A stretch of 64,000 nt of DNA. It comes from Elusimicrobiota bacterium (lineage in GTDB: Bacteria > Elusimicrobiota > Elusimicrobia > UBA1565 > UBA9628). A model generated the notes under the pieces. That model searched no databases. It worked only from the letters and a program-made list of their open reading frames with translations, and was not told where the DNA came from. Below, in pieces: positions 1 through 10,237 of this stretch. Position 1 is the stretch's first letter. Each line of letters begins with the position of its first letter. A program made the translations under genes and the position numbers. The stretch spans positions 1,143 through 65,142 of the forward strand of contig PLZD01000067.1 in NCBI GenBank assembly GCA_003151975.1, in the 5' to 3' direction.

Positions 1-89
1 GCGTCGACGTCGTCAGGTCGACGATCAAGAAGGACAAAATGGGCAACATCATCACCGCCGGCAAGAAGCCGACCGCGGTCAAGAAATAA
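1..89 (+). CDS. rplC: 50S ribosomal protein L3, C-terminal fragment (window edge)
   Basis: Lys-rich C-terminal tail ...MGNIITAGKKPTAVKK* ending 1 nt before rplD; position in S10 operon. Confidence 0.55.
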   Translation, partial: VDVVRSTIKKDKMGNIITAGKKPTAVKK

Positions 90-90
90 C

Positions 91-714
91 ATGCAAGCAG
101 AACTCAAGAACGTCAAAGGCGAACCCGTCGGCAAGCTCGAGCTCCAGGAGAAGATTTTCGGCATCAAGCCGATCAGCTCTTTCCTGCACGAGTTCGTCAC
201 TGTGTATGAGGCCAATCAGCGCCTGGGCACGGCTCACACTAAGACCCGCGCGGAAGTCTCGGGCGGCGGCAAGAAGCCTTGGAAGCAGAAGGGCACCGGA
301 CGAGCCCGCTCGGGCTCCAACCGCTCGCCGCTCTGGCGACACGGCGGCATCACTTTCGGTCCCCGCTACAAGGGCAAGCCGCGCCGCGAGATGCCGCGCC
401 AGAAAGCGAAGATCGCCTTGGCCCAGGCCCTGGCGTCCCGCTACGCCGACGGCGCGATCGTGTTCGTCGACAAGATCACGGTCGATGAGGCTAAGACCAA
501 GAACGTCGCCGCGCTCCTGAAGACGCTGGGAGCAACCGGCCGCGTGCTGATCGTTCTCGATCAGCCCGACAAGAACCTGACTCGGGCCAGCCGCAACCTT
601 CCCAACGTCGCGATCCAGCTCGCGTCGGATCTCAACGCCTACATCGTCTTGCGCAGCCACAAACTCGTCGTGACCCAGCCCGCCCTGGAAAAGCTCGGCG
701 CCCGCTGGAATTAA
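91..714 (+). CDS. rplD: 50S ribosomal protein L4
   Basis: 207 aa; KKPWKQKGTGRARSGS...PLWRHGG motif typical of L4; operon position. Confidence 0.93.
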   Translation: MQAELKNVKGEPVGKLELQEKIFGIKPISSFLHEFVTVYEANQRLGTAHTKTRAEVSGGGKKPWKQKGTGRARSGSNRSPLWRHGGITFGPRYKGKPRREMPRQKAKIALAQALASRYADGAIVFVDKITVDEAKTKNVAALLKTLGATGRVLIVLDQPDKNLTRASRNLPNVAIQLASDLNAYIVLRSHKLVVTQPALEKLGARWN

Positions 715-724
715 GGGAATAATC

Positions 725-1021
725 ATGGAAAAAGAAATTTACGGGACGATCGTTCGCCCGCTCCTGACGGAGCGCAGCACGATCATGAAGGAGAAGCACA
801 ACCAGTATGTCTTCGAGACCGCCACGAGCGCCACGAAGCCCGACATCGCGCGCGCCGTCGAGGAGCTCTTCAAGGTGAAGGTCCTCAAGGTGCGCACGAT
901 GATCCTTCCCGGGAAGTTTCGCCGCTACGGCCGCGGCGGGGGTTTTCGGCCGGACTGGAAGAAGGCGATCGTGACCCTCAAAGAGGGCCAGAAGATCGAT
1001 TTCACGGAGCAGGCGAGCTAA
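725..1021 (+). CDS. rplW: 50S ribosomal protein L23
   Basis: 98 aa; RPLLTE...YVFEV-type L23 sequence; between L4 and L2. Confidence 0.92.
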   Translation: MEKEIYGTIVRPLLTERSTIMKEKHNQYVFETATSATKPDIARAVEELFKVKVLKVRTMILPGKFRRYGRGGGFRPDWKKAIVTLKEGQKIDFTEQAS

Positions 1022-1024
1022 TCT

Positions 1025-1864
1025 ATGTCCATCAAGGTCTACAAACCCTACACCCCGTCGCGCCGCGGCATGACCTCGGCCGATTTCTCTGAACTGACGA
1101 CCGACCGGCCCGAAAAGAGCCTGGTCAACCGCGTCCAGCGCACCGGCGGCCGCAACAACACCGGCATGCTGATGGTTCGCCATCAGGGCGGCGGCCACAA
1201 GCGCGCTTTCCGCATGATCGACTTCAAGCGCGACAAGACCGGCGTCCCTGGCAAGATCGCGACCATCGAGTACGATCCCAACCGGAGCGCGCGCATCTGC
1301 CTCGTCCACTACGCCGACGGCGAGAAGCGCTACATCCTTCATCCCATCGGCCTCAAGGTTGGAGACGTCATCGTCTCGGGGCCTGCCGCCGACATCAAGG
1401 TCGGCAACGCGTTGCCGATCAAAAACATCCCGGACGGCCATTTCGTGCACAACGTCGAGCTGACCCCGGGCAAGGGCGGTCAGATGATGCGCGCCGCGGG
1501 CACTCAGGCTCAGCTCATGGCCAAGGACGCGGGCTACGCGCAGCTCAAGATGCCCTCGGGCGAGGTCCGGATGGTCCCGGACTCCTGCATGGCGACGCTT
1601 GGCCAGGTCTCCAACACCGACCACAACACGATCACGCTCGGCAAGGCCGGACGCAGCCGGCACCGCGGCATCCGCCCGACCGTTCGCGGCGGCGCGATGA
1701 ACGCGACCGACCACCCCATGGGCGGCGGCCGCGGCAAGTCCAAGGGCGGCAACCACCCGAAATCTCCGTGGAACCAGCTCGCCAAGGGCTTCAAGACCCG
1801 CAAGAAGAAGAAGGTCTGGGGCTGGATGATCGTCTCGGACCGCCGGCGCGCCAAGCAGGCCTAA
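1025..1864 (+). CDS. rplB: 50S ribosomal protein L2
   Basis: 279 aa; [15 protein letters not shown]... GGGHKR, GRSRH... PMGGG motifs. Confidence 0.95.
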   Translation: MSIKVYKPYTPSRRGMTSADFSELTTDRPEKSLVNRVQRTGGRNNTGMLMVRHQGGGHKRAFRMIDFKRDKTGVPGKIATIEYDPNRSARICLVHYADGEKRYILHPIGLKVGDVIVSGPAADIKVGNALPIKNIPDGHFVHNVELTPGKGGQMMRAAGTQAQLMAKDAGYAQLKMPSGEVRMVPDSCMATLGQVSNTDHNTITLGKAGRSRHRGIRPTVRGGAMNATDHPMGGGRGKSKGGNHPKSPWNQLAKGFKTRKKKKVWGWMIVSDRRRAKQA

Positions 1865-1876
1865 TAAGAGGACACA

Positions 1877-2161
1877 ATGGGAAGATCGACAAAGAAGGGA
1901 CCCTGGATCGACGGAAAGCTGATGGAGAAGGTCAACAAGTTGAACGCGGCCGGTGAGAAGAAGCCGATCAAGACGTGGGCGCGCGCCTGCGTCATACCGC
2001 CGGAGTTCGTCGGCCACACCTTCTCGGTCCACAACGGGCGCAAGTTTCTGCCAATCTACATCTCGGAGCACATGGTCGGACACCGGCTCGGCGAGTTCGC
2101 CTTCACGCGCTTTTTCCGCGCGCACGGCGGCACTCACAAAGAGTCGAACTCCCTCACCTAA
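1877..2161 (+). CDS. rpsS: 30S ribosomal protein S19
   Basis: 94 aa; [17 protein letters not shown]...[13 protein letters not shown]. Confidence 0.95.
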   Translation: MGRSTKKGPWIDGKLMEKVNKLNAAGEKKPIKTWARACVIPPEFVGHTFSVHNGRKFLPIYISEHMVGHRLGEFAFTRFFRAHGGTHKESNSLT

Positions 2162-2166
2162 ATAAC

Positions 2167-2538
2167 ATGGAAGCCACAGCCCACGCCAGATTTCAAAGAT
2201 TCGGAACCCGCAAGGTCGCGCAGGTCTTGAAAGAGATCCGCGGCAAGTCGGTGCTCGAGGCCGAGCAGATTCTGCCGCTCGTGCCGCGCGCCTGCGCCGT
2301 CATGATCGAGAAGGCGCTCAAGAGCGCCGCGCACAACCTCTCGATCAAGGCCGGCCGCGCCGGCAAGACCCTGATCCCGCAGAACGTCATCGTCAAGGAG
2401 TGCTGGTCGACGATGGGCCCGATGGGCCAGATGAAGCGCGTGATGCCCGCCCCGATGGGCCGGGCCAACACCTTCAAGCGCAAGGTAAGCCATTTGACCG
2501 TCATCGTCACCGATGAGAAACAGGCAGGCAAGAGATAA
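2167..2538 (+). CDS. rplV: 50S ribosomal protein L22
   Basis: ATG at 2167 (MEATAHARFQRFGTRKVAQVL...); the upstream in-frame extension from 1975 overlaps rpsS and is rejected. Confidence 0.9.
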   Translation: MEATAHARFQRFGTRKVAQVLKEIRGKSVLEAEQILPLVPRACAVMIEKALKSAAHNLSIKAGRAGKTLIPQNVIVKECWSTMGPMGQMKRVMPAPMGRANTFKRKVSHLTVIVTDEKQAGKR

Positions 2539-2541
2539 ATC

Positions 2542-3309
2542 ATGGGCAATAAAATCCACCCCAATTCAGTCCGTCTGGGCTACATTCACGACTGGGAGTC
2601 CAAGTGGTTCTCCCTGCGCGACATGCCGGCCCTGATCGGCGAGGACTTCAAGATCCGCAACCTCGTCAAGCAGACTTTCAAGATGGCCGCGGTCTCTTGG
2701 GTCGGCATCGAGCGCGCCGGCTCGTACCTGCGCGTCAACATTCACACCGCGCGGCCCGGCGTGGTCATCGGCAAGAAGGGAGCCGACATCGAAGCCATCC
2801 GCGGGCAGATCGAGAACATGACGCAGCGCAAGACTTTCATCAACGTCATGGAGATCAAGGAGCCCGAGTTGGATTCGCGCCTGGTCGCCGAGGCGATCGC
2901 AGTCCAACTCGAGAAGCGCATCGCCTATCGCCGCGCCATGCGCCGCGCGATGGAGCGCACGATGCAGTCCGGCGCTTTGGGCATCAAGGTCATGGTGAGC
3001 GGCCGTCTTAACGGCGGCGAAATCGCCCGCCGCGAGTGGATGCGCGAAGGCCGCGTTCCCCTGCATACCTACGCCGCCGACGTCGACTACGGCACCGCCG
3101 AGGCGTTCACGACCGCGGGTCTTATCGGCGTCAAGGTCTGGATCTTCAAGAAGCAGCTCTTCGTGAAGAGCCCCAAAGAACTCTTGCTCATGGCCAAGAA
3201 GGATCAGCAGCAGCAGGCGCCCGCCGCGGTGATCGCCCCCAAGGGCGAAGCCGTCGCCGCCGCCGCGGCTCCCGCCGCCCCGGAGGTGACCCCCGATGCT
3301 AATGCCTAA
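2542..3309 (+). CDS. rpsC: 30S ribosomal protein S3, with a Q/A/P-rich C-terminal tail
   Basis: 255 aa; [13 protein letters not shown]... KH and S3-C domains; low-complexity C-terminal extension. Confidence 0.95.
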   Translation: MGNKIHPNSVRLGYIHDWESKWFSLRDMPALIGEDFKIRNLVKQTFKMAAVSWVGIERAGSYLRVNIHTARPGVVIGKKGADIEAIRGQIENMTQRKTFINVMEIKEPELDSRLVAEAIAVQLEKRIAYRRAMRRAMERTMQSGALGIKVMVSGRLNGGEIARREWMREGRVPLHTYAADVDYGTAEAFTTAGLIGVKVWIFKKQLFVKSPKELLLMAKKDQQQQAPAAVIAPKGEAVAAAAAPAAPEVTPDANA

Positions 3310-3712
3310 GAGGGTCAAGTACCGCAAGCCGCACAGCCAGCCGCGCATCAAGGGCCCCGCCACTCGCGGGACCACGATGGCGTTCGGCGAGTTCGGTCTC
3401 AAGGCGCTCGAGCCCAAGTGGGTGACCGCCCGCCAGATCGAGGCCTCGCGCGTCGCGATCGGCCGCCACATGAAGAAGGGCGGCAAGCTTTGGGTCCGCG
3501 TGTTCCCCGACAAGGCCGTCACCAAGCACCCCGCCGAGACCCGCATGGGTAAAGGCAAGGGCGCGCCCGATCATTGGGTCGTCGTGGTCAAGCCGGGCCG
3601 TGTGCTCTTCGAGATCGAAGGCATCTCTTTGGCCGATGCCCAGAAGGCTTTGGGTTCAGCCGCCTACAAGCTTCCCATCAAGACCAAGTTCATCACCCGG
3701 GAGCACATCTAG
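3296..3712 (+). CDS. rplP: 50S ribosomal protein L16
   Basis: 138 aa; [13 protein letters not shown]...; overlaps rpsC end by 14 nt. Confidence 0.94.
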   Translation: MLMPKRVKYRKPHSQPRIKGPATRGTTMAFGEFGLKALEPKWVTARQIEASRVAIGRHMKKGGKLWVRVFPDKAVTKHPAETRMGKGKGAPDHWVVVVKPGRVLFEIEGISLADAQKALGSAAYKLPIKTKFITREHI

Positions 3713-3916
3713 ATGAAGGCCAAGGAAAAGGAAGTCAAGAAGACGCTGTCCGCCGCCGAGCTCAAGGGCGAGCTCCATCAGGCGCAGGACAAGCTTTTCA
3801 AGCTGAAGTTTAAGCATCAGGTCACGCCGCTCGCCAATCCCTTGGAGCTGCGGACCCTCCGCCGTCATGTCGCGCGGCTCAAGACCTGGGTGCGCGAGAA
3901 GCAGGAGACGAAATAG
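3713..3916 (+). CDS. rpmC: 50S ribosomal protein L29
   Basis: 67 aa; LKGELHQAQDKLFKLKFKHQ; abuts rplP. Confidence 0.9.
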   Translation: MKAKEKEVKKTLSAAELKGELHQAQDKLFKLKFKHQVTPLANPLELRTLRRHVARLKTWVREKQETK

Positions 3917-3918
3917 TC

Positions 3919-4224
3919 ATGGCTGAGCAAGAAGAGAACAACGGCGCCGACGAGCGCAACGGCCGCAAAGTCTTCGAGGGCGTCGTCGTGTCCGACAAGA
4001 TGAGCAAGACCCGCACCGTGGCGGTTTTCCGCCTGGTCCGGCATCATTTCTACGAGAAGGTCTCGAAGAAGCGCAGCAAGTTCAGCGTGCACGACGAGTC
4101 CAACGCCTCCCACGAGGGAGACTTGGTCGAGATCATGAGCACGCGGCCGCTCTCCAAGACCAAGCGCTGGCGCCTGGTCCGCGTGATCAAGGCCGCCCCG
4201 CGCGTCGCCGAGGTCAAATCATGA
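3919..4224 (+). CDS. rpsQ: 30S ribosomal protein S17
   Basis: 101 aa; [16 protein letters not shown]...[10 protein letters not shown]. Confidence 0.93.
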   Translation: MAEQEENNGADERNGRKVFEGVVVSDKMSKTRTVAVFRLVRHHFYEKVSKKRSKFSVHDESNASHEGDLVEIMSTRPLSKTKRWRLVRVIKAAPRVAEVKS

Positions 4225-4589
4225 TTCAGCTAAGATCCATCATCAACGTCGCCGACAACTCCGGCGCGCGCAAGCTTCAGTGCTTCCACGTCATGGGCGG
4301 CAGCTACCGCCGCTACGCCTCCATCGGCGACGTTATCGTCGCCTCGGTGCGCGACGCCCTTCCCAACGGCGCCATCAAGAAGGGCCAGGTCGTCAAGGCG
4401 GTCGTCGTGCGCGCGGTGCGCAACAAGCGCCGGCCCGACGGCTCGTACGTCAGCTTCGACGACAACGCCGCCTGCCTCATCGACGATCAGGGCGAGCCCA
4501 AGGGCACGCGCGTGTTCGGCCCGGTCGCCCGCGAGCTGCGCGACAAGGAATATTTGAAGATCATCTCGCTCGCACCCGAGGTCGTGTAA
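4221..4589 (+). CDS. rplN: 50S ribosomal protein L14
   Basis: 122 aa; [18 protein letters not shown]; ATGA overlap with rpsQ. Confidence 0.95.
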   Translation: MIQLRSIINVADNSGARKLQCFHVMGGSYRRYASIGDVIVASVRDALPNGAIKKGQVVKAVVVRAVRNKRRPDGSYVSFDDNAACLIDDQGEPKGTRVFGPVARELRDKEYLKIISLAPEVV

Positions 4590-4590
4590 C

Positions 4591-4908
4591 ATGAGCAAGC
4601 TCAAGATTCGCAAGAAGGACAAGGTCCTCGTCATCGCCGGCCGCGACAAGGGCAAGACCGGGGAGGTCATCAAGCTCTTCCCCGACGTCAGCCGCCTGCT
4701 CGTCTCCAAGGTCAACATCGTGACCAAGCACAAGAAGGCGACCCAGTCCGAGCCCGGCGGGCTCTCGAAGATCGAGGCCCCGATTCACTATTCCAACGTT
4801 TTGCTGGTCTGCCCGAAGTGCGACAAGGGCGTGCGTCCCAAGCTCGAGACGCTTCAGACCGGCGAAACAGTGCGCGTCTGCCGCAAGTGCGGCGAGACGA
4901 TCCTCTAG
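4591..4908 (+). CDS. rplX: 50S ribosomal protein L24 (KOW), C-terminal Cys4 zinc-ribbon variant
   Basis: 105 aa; [19 protein letters not shown] motif; C-terminus CPKC...(18 aa)...CRKC. Confidence 0.9.
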   Translation: MSKLKIRKKDKVLVIAGRDKGKTGEVIKLFPDVSRLLVSKVNIVTKHKKATQSEPGGLSKIEAPIHYSNVLLVCPKCDKGVRPKLETLQTGETVRVCRKCGETIL

Positions 4909-4914
4909 AGGTTA

Positions 4915-5643
4915 TTGATCATGGCAGAGAAGGAAAAAAACGCAGCTGAAGTAGAGCGGGCCGCTAAGAAGGCCCTGGCCGCCAAGAAGGCCGGTCTTGA
5001 AGCCAAGGCCGCCAAGGCGTCCGGTCCGGCCATCCAGACCTCCGACGGCAGAGAGGTCAAGCACGAGACTCCCCGGCTCAAGAAGAGCTACAAGGAGACC
5101 ATCGTGCCGGCGCTCATGGAGAAGTACGAACTCAAGAACCCATTTCAAGTGCCGAGTCTCGAGAAGATCGTGGTCAACATCGGCGTCTCCGACGCGCGCG
5201 ACAACATCCAGAACCTCGATGTGGCGCGCGAAGAGCTCGCGATGATCACGGGCCAGTGGCCCCAGGTCCGCAAGGCCTCTAAATCCATCTCGAACTTCAA
5301 GCTGCGCGAGGGGATGCCCATCGGCGTCCGCGTGACCCTGCGCGGCGACCGCATGTGGGAGTTCATGGACCGTCTGATCTCGACGGCGATACCCCGCATC
5401 CGGGATTTTCGCGGCCTCGAGCCCCGGGGCTTCGACGGCCACGGGAACTACAACCTCGGCTTGAAAGAACAGCTGATCTTCCCCGAGGTCAACGTCGAGA
5501 AGTCGCCCAAGCAGCGCGGCATGAACATCACCGTCGTGACCTCCGCTGTCAACGACGAGATCGGCATGGACCTGCTCCGCCACATGGGCATGCCCTTCAA
5601 GCAGGTCCAGGAAGCAGAGACCGCCGCCGCCGGGAGAAACTAG
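4915..5643 (+). CDS. rplE: 50S ribosomal protein L5 with ~55 aa Lys/Ala-rich N-terminal extension
   Basis: 242 aa; L5 core begins near [18 protein letters not shown]...; no alternative in-frame start closer to the core. Confidence 0.88.
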   Translation: MIMAEKEKNAAEVERAAKKALAAKKAGLEAKAAKASGPAIQTSDGREVKHETPRLKKSYKETIVPALMEKYELKNPFQVPSLEKIVVNIGVSDARDNIQNLDVAREELAMITGQWPQVRKASKSISNFKLREGMPIGVRVTLRGDRMWEFMDRLISTAIPRIRDFRGLEPRGFDGHGNYNLGLKEQLIFPEVNVEKSPKQRGMNITVVTSAVNDEIGMDLLRHMGMPFKQVQEAETAAAGRN

Positions 5644-5644
5644 A

Positions 5645-5830
5645 ATGGCCACCACCGCTTGGACCGCAAAGATGAAGAAGCCGCAGAAATTCTCCACGCG
5701 CCACCGCAACCGCTGCCAGATTTGCGGACGCCCCCGCGCGTACTACCGCGACTTCGGACTTTGCCGCATTTGCTTTAGGAAGATGGCTCACCAGGGCCAG
5801 ATTCCCGGCGTGAAGAAATCTTCCTGGTAG
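5645..5830 (+). CDS. rpsZ: 30S ribosomal protein S14, type Z (zinc-binding)
   Basis: 61 aa; [20 protein letters not shown] Cys4. Confidence 0.93.
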   Translation: MATTAWTAKMKKPQKFSTRHRNRCQICGRPRAYYRDFGLCRICFRKMAHQGQIPGVKKSSW

Positions 5831-5837
5831 GCATAAC

Positions 5838-6233
5838 ATGGATCCCATTGCAGACCTTTTGACCCGCATCCGCAACTCGAACACGCGCCTCAAGGACCGC
5901 GTCGACGTGCCCTACTCGAAGCTCAAGCTCGAGATCGTCCGCCTGCTCAAGGACGAGGGCTTCATCGCGAACTTTAAGTCGCTCTACAACCAGGGCGGAA
6001 AATCCGGCACGATTCGCGTGTTCCTGAAGTACTCGCCGGCCAAGGAAGCCGTCATCAAGGGCATCAAGCGCGTTTCCAAGCCCGGCCTTCGCATCTACCG
6101 CTCCTACCGCGAGATTCCGCGCGTGCGCAGCGGCTTCGCGGTCACCATTTTGTCGACTCCCAACGGCGTGCTGACGGACAAGCAGGCCAAGGAGAAGAAG
6201 GTCGGGGGCGAAGTCCTCTGCCAGGTCTGGTAA
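5838..6233 (+). CDS. rpsH: 30S ribosomal protein S8
   Basis: 131 aa; [13 protein letters not shown]... Confidence 0.94.
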   Translation: MDPIADLLTRIRNSNTRLKDRVDVPYSKLKLEIVRLLKDEGFIANFKSLYNQGGKSGTIRVFLKYSPAKEAVIKGIKRVSKPGLRIYRSYREIPRVRSGFAVTILSTPNGVLTDKQAKEKKVGGEVLCQVW

Positions 6234-6238
6234 AAATC

Positions 6239-6817
6239 ATGAGCAGAATCGGAAGAATGCCGGTCGTCATCCCCGCGGGCGTGCAGGTCTCGATCGCGAA
6301 CTCGATCGTGACGGCCAAGGGCCCCAAGGGCGAACTCAAGGAGCTGCTGCATCCGGTCGTGAAGGCCGAGATCAAGGACGGCAAGATTCTTTTGACCGCG
6401 GATCTTACCGCGGCCAAGGACGCCTCCGCCATCTACGGCATGAGCCGCGCGCGGCTCAACAACCTCGTGCAGGGCGCCGCGCACGGGTTTGCAAAAGTCC
6501 TCGAGATCGTCGGCCTGGGCTTTCGCGCCGAGGTGGCCGGCCAGAAGCTGACCATGGCGCTCGGCAAGTCGCACCCCGTCATTTTCGAGGCGCCCCAGGG
6601 CATCACGCTCTCGGTCGATCCCAAGAAGACGCAGATCACCGTGGCCGGCGCCGACAAGAATCAGGTCGGCCAGACCGCGGCCAACATCCGCGAGCTGCGC
6701 AAGCCCGAGCCCTACAAGGGAACGGGAATCCGCTACCAGGGCGAGCACGTCCGCAAGAAGGCCGGCAAGACGGCGGCGGGCGCGAGCGCCGGCGCTGGCG
6801 GCGGAGCCAAGAAGTAG
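6239..6817 (+). CDS. rplF: 50S ribosomal protein L6 with Gly/Ala/Lys C-terminal tail
   Basis: 192 aa; [17 protein letters not shown]... Confidence 0.93.
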   Translation: MSRIGRMPVVIPAGVQVSIANSIVTAKGPKGELKELLHPVVKAEIKDGKILLTADLTAAKDASAIYGMSRARLNNLVQGAAHGFAKVLEIVGLGFRAEVAGQKLTMALGKSHPVIFEAPQGITLSVDPKKTQITVAGADKNQVGQTAANIRELRKPEPYKGTGIRYQGEHVRKKAGKTAAGASAGAGGGAKK

Positions 6818-6828
6818 GAGCTTTATCG

Positions 6829-7194
6829 ATGAAAGACAAGTGGACTAGATACGAATATCGCAAGGGCCGCTCGCGGCGCAAGATCGCCGAGAAGGCCAAC
6901 GGCCGGCCGCGCCTGACGGTGCACCGCAGCCTCAAGTACATCTACGCGCAGATTGTCGACGACGCGCAGGGCAAGACCCTGGCGGCGGCGTCCTCGCTGT
7001 CGAAGGAGATCAAGGCGCCCAAGGCGACGTCCGCGAAGAACGTCGACGCGGCCAAGAAGGTCGGCGAGCTGCTGGCCAAGAAGGCCGTCGCCGCCGGAGT
7101 CAAGAAGGTCGCCTTCGACCGCGGCGCCCACATCTATCACGGACGCGTCAAGGCCCTGGCGGAAGCCGCACGGGCCGGCGGCTTGGACTTTTAA
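6829..7194 (+). CDS. rplR: 50S ribosomal protein L18
   Basis: 121 aa; [21 protein letters not shown]...[20 protein letters not shown]. Confidence 0.93.
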   Translation: MKDKWTRYEYRKGRSRRKIAEKANGRPRLTVHRSLKYIYAQIVDDAQGKTLAAASSLSKEIKAPKATSAKNVDAAKKVGELLAKKAVAAGVKKVAFDRGAHIYHGRVKALAEAARAGGLDF

Positions 7195-7207
7195 GAGGAG
7201 AATGTTT

Positions 7208-7792
7208 ATGGCAGAAGAAAACTCGACCCCCGCGCCCCAGCCGACAGCCCCGACGCCGGCGCCTCAGGGCCAGGATCGGCCTCGCGGCGGACCTCGGGGC
7301 TACAAGCCCCGGCGCCAGGACAACCCGCGCGACGAGGGCGGTTTCAAAGAGACCGTCGTCGCGATCAACCGCGTCGCCAAGGTCGTCAAGGGCGGCAAGC
7401 GCTTCTCATTCTCGGCGATCGTCGTGATCGGCGACGGCGCCGGCACGGTCGGCTACGGCTTGGGCAAGGCCAAGGAAGTCCAGGCGTCCATCATGAAGGG
7501 CAACGCCCAGGCGCGCAAGAACCTCACCAAGTTTCCTCTCGTCGGCGACACCATTCCCCACGAGGTGATGGCCAAGTACCGCGCCGGCAAGGTGTGGATG
7601 AAGCCCGCGGCTCCCGGAACGGGCGTCATCGCGGGCGGCGGCGTGCGCGCGGTCTTGGAGGCCGGCGGCGTCAAGAACGTTTTGACCAAGAGCCTCGGCT
7701 CGGCCAACGACTTCAACGTCGTGGGCGCGACGCTCGAGTGCCTGCGCATGCTTCGCACCGCCGAAGACATCGCCAAGCTGCGGGGTAAATAG
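7208..7792 (+). CDS. rpsE: 30S ribosomal protein S5 with Pro/Gln-rich N-terminal extension
   Basis: ATG at 7208 with GAGGAG 9 nt upstream; the in-frame region from 6953 overlaps rplR and is rejected; [10 protein letters not shown]...GSANDFNVV. Confidence 0.9.
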   Translation: MAEENSTPAPQPTAPTPAPQGQDRPRGGPRGYKPRRQDNPRDEGGFKETVVAINRVAKVVKGGKRFSFSAIVVIGDGAGTVGYGLGKAKEVQASIMKGNAQARKNLTKFPLVGDTIPHEVMAKYRAGKVWMKPAAPGTGVIAGGGVRAVLEAGGVKNVLTKSLGSANDFNVVGATLECLRMLRTAEDIAKLRGK

Positions 7793-7794
7793 CA

Positions 7795-8244
7795 ATGAAT
7801 CTCAGCCAGTTGAAGCCCAAGTTCGGATCTCGCTTTAAGCATTTCCGGTTCGGCATCGGAGAGGGCTCGGGCGGCGGCCAGACCGCCGGCAAGGGTCAGA
7901 AGGGCCAGCGCAGCCGCTCGGGCGACGGCAAGCAGACGGGATTCGAGGGCGGCCAGACGCCGCTCCTGCGCCGCGTGCCCAAGCGGGGCTTTACCAACGG
8001 CGCCTTCAAGATCGTCTACCAGGTCGTGTCTCTGGCCGACATCGAGCGCGTGTTCAAGAACCAGAAAGAAGTCACCGTCGAGGCCCTCAAGCTTCACGGT
8101 CTCGTGAAGGGACGCCAGCCCGTGAAGATCCTCGGCGACGGCGAAATCACGCGCGCCTACAAGGTCTCGGCCCACGCTTTCTCGACTTCCGCCAAGGAAA
8201 AGATCCAGAAGGCCGGCGGTTCCGCGGAGTCCGTCAAGAAGTGA
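7795..8244 (+). CDS. rplO: 50S ribosomal protein L15 (no L30 gene between S5 and L15)
   Basis: 149 aa; MNLSQLKP...GKGQKGQRSRSG. Confidence 0.93.
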   Translation: MNLSQLKPKFGSRFKHFRFGIGEGSGGGQTAGKGQKGQRSRSGDGKQTGFEGGQTPLLRRVPKRGFTNGAFKIVYQVVSLADIERVFKNQKEVTVEALKLHGLVKGRQPVKILGDGEITRAYKVSAHAFSTSAKEKIQKAGGSAESVKK

Positions 8245-9581
8245 TCAAAGGACTCGCGGGCGTCGTCGAAGTTCCAGAACTGCGCAAGAAGGTCCTCTTC
8301 ACGCTCGGTGCCATCGCGGTCTACCGCGTGGGCGCGGCCATCCCCATTCCCGGCATCAACGGCGAGGCCCTGGCTTCCATCTTCAACGCGCAGCGCGGCG
8401 GCATTCTGGGCTTCCTGAACATCTTCTCGGGCGGAGCGCTCGCGCGCTTCTCGATCTTCTCGATGGGCGTGATGCCCTACATCAACGCGTCCATCATCAT
8501 CAGCCTCCTCCAGGGCGCGCACGTGCTGCCTTACCTCGACCGCCTATACAAGGAAGGAGAGCTCGGGCGGCGCAAGCTCAACTCCATCACGCGCTACCTG
8601 ACCTTGTTCCTCGCGATGTTCCAGTCCTTCGGCCTCACGATCGCGATCACCAAGATGCCCACGCCCGGCAACATCCCCGTCGTCTCGAACCCGACCGTCC
8701 CGTTCTATTTGATCACGGTGCTCACCTTGACCGCGGGCACGATTTTCATCATGTGGCTCGGCGAGCAGGTCACCGAGATAGGCGTCGGCAACGGCGTCTC
8801 CTTGATCATCTTCGCCGGCATCGTCGAGCGCATCCCGTCGGCCGTGCTCAACATGATCAATCTCGTGCGCGCCGAGGAAATGAGCATTCTCAAAGCCCTG
8901 GCGATAGTGGTCTTCGTGATCGGCGTCGTGGCTTCGGTGGTATGGGTCGAGACGGCCCAGCGCAAGATTCCCGTGCAATACGCCAAGCGCGTCGTCGGCC
9001 GCAAGATGTACGGCGGGGCGCAGAGCTACCTGCCGCTCAAGGTCGACCAAAGCGGCGTCATCGCGGTCATCTTCGCGGTTTCCCTTCTGGCGGTGCCGCT
9101 GACGGTCCTGCAGTTCGCGCAGGACAAGCCGTGGGCCGCCAAGCTGATGCAGTTCTGGACGCGCGGCTCGTGGTATTACCAGCTTTTCTACGCCGGCCTC
9201 ATCATTTTTTTCTGCTACTTCTACAACTCGGTCTCGATCAACCCGATGGACCTCGCCGACAACATGAAGAAGTCGGGGGGATTTATTCCCGGCTATCGTC
9301 CCGGCGAGTCCACGGCGCGCTACATCGAGTGGGTGCTCGAGCGCATCACCTTGGGGGGCGCGCTTTTCGTCGCGGCGATTTCCGTTCTACCGGACATGCT
9401 GCGCAATCAATTTAATATTCCTTTCTTTTTGGGCGGCACAGCACTCCTCATCGTCGTCGGCGTCGCGCTCGACACGATGGGCCAGCTCGAGGCCCAGCTC
9501 ATCATGCGCCACTACGAGGGCTTCCTCAAGAAGGGCCGCATCGGCGGCGGCAGCCGCTGGTTCAACGTGGGGAGCCAGTAA
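8241..9581 (+). CDS. secY: preprotein translocase subunit SecY
   Basis: 446 aa; GTG start overlapping rplO stop; 10 TM segments; GINGEALASIFN... Confidence 0.94.
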   Translation: MIKGLAGVVEVPELRKKVLFTLGAIAVYRVGAAIPIPGINGEALASIFNAQRGGILGFLNIFSGGALARFSIFSMGVMPYINASIIISLLQGAHVLPYLDRLYKEGELGRRKLNSITRYLTLFLAMFQSFGLTIAITKMPTPGNIPVVSNPTVPFYLITVLTLTAGTIFIMWLGEQVTEIGVGNGVSLIIFAGIVERIPSAVLNMINLVRAEEMSILKALAIVVFVIGVVASVVWVETAQRKIPVQYAKRVVGRKMYGGAQSYLPLKVDQSGVIAVIFAVSLLAVPLTVLQFAQDKPWAAKLMQFWTRGSWYYQLFYAGLIIFFCYFYNSVSINPMDLADNMKKSGGFIPGYRPGESTARYIEWVLERITLGGALFVAAISVLPDMLRNQFNIPFFLGGTALLIVVGVALDTMGQLEAQLIMRHYEGFLKKGRIGGGSRWFNVGSQ

Positions 9582-9582
9582 G

Positions 9583-10236
9583 ATGATCGTCATCCTTTTG
9601 GGCGCGCCGGGCGCCGGCAAGGGCACCCAGTCCAAGATGCTCGCCGCCAAATACGGGTTTAAGCATCTTGCGACGGGCGACATTTTCCGCGGCGAGATCG
9701 CGGCCAAGACCCCGCTCGGCCAGAAAGCGCAGGAGTACGTCAAGTCCGGCAAGCTCGTGCCCGACAATCTCGTGACCGAAATGGTCGCGGGCAAGCTCGA
9801 ATTCAATGGAACCCAATACTTGCTCGACGGTTTCCCGCGCACGCTTGATCAGGCGCAGTCGCTCGACAAGTTCCTCGCTCCGCAGAAGGCCACGATCAAC
9901 GTGGTCATTTATCTCAATTTGCCTCACGCGGAGGCGATCAGCCGCCTCTCCTCGCGGCGCGTCTGCTCGAAGTGCGGCGAGGTCTACAACATCACGACCC
10001 GGCCGCCCGCGGCCGAGGGAAAGTGCGACGCCTGCGGCGGCGACGTCGTCCAGCGCGAGGACGATTCCGAGGCCACGGCCAAGAAGCGCATCATGGTTTT
10101 CGAGGACCTGACCCATCCGCTGGTGGCCTACTACAAGGCCGAGCAGGTTTTTCACGAAGTCAACGCCGCCCAGTCCCCCGAGAAAGTCTCGGCCGACCTG
10201 TTTGCGGTGATCGACCAAATCACGGCGGCGCGCTAG
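9583..10236 (+). CDS. adk: adenylate kinase with Cys4 zinc LID
   Basis: 217 aa; GAPGAGKGTQ P-loop; CSKCGEVY...CDACGG. Confidence 0.94.
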   Translation: MIVILLGAPGAGKGTQSKMLAAKYGFKHLATGDIFRGEIAAKTPLGQKAQEYVKSGKLVPDNLVTEMVAGKLEFNGTQYLLDGFPRTLDQAQSLDKFLAPQKATINVVIYLNLPHAEAISRLSSRRVCSKCGEVYNITTRPPAAEGKCDACGGDVVQREDDSEATAKKRIMVFEDLTHPLVAYYKAEQVFHEVNAAQSPEKVSADLFAVIDQITAAR

Positions 10237-10237
10237 C

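Noticed and set aside
632-2137. 501 aa minus-strand ORF antisense to rplD/rplW/rplB, and similar long antisense ORFs (12789-14093, 25119-26318, 34325-36307, 37924-39516, 56853-58754, 20009-20605, 9562-10413, 31389-32506 region)
   Set aside because: Stop-codon-poor antisense frames are expected at this GC content. Their translations are Arg/Ala/Gly-rich with no motifs, and each overlaps a confidently identified gene on the other strand.
1975-2166. Upstream extension of rplV (track ORF 1975-2538)
   Set aside because: It overlaps rpsS. The L22 homology starts at ATG 2167 directly after the S19 stop.
6953-7207. Upstream in-frame extension of rpsE (track ORF 6953-7792) encoding an Arg/Pro-rich N-terminus
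   Set aside because: It overlaps rplR in another frame. ATG 7208 has a GAGGAG SD at ideal spacing and the S5 homology begins there.
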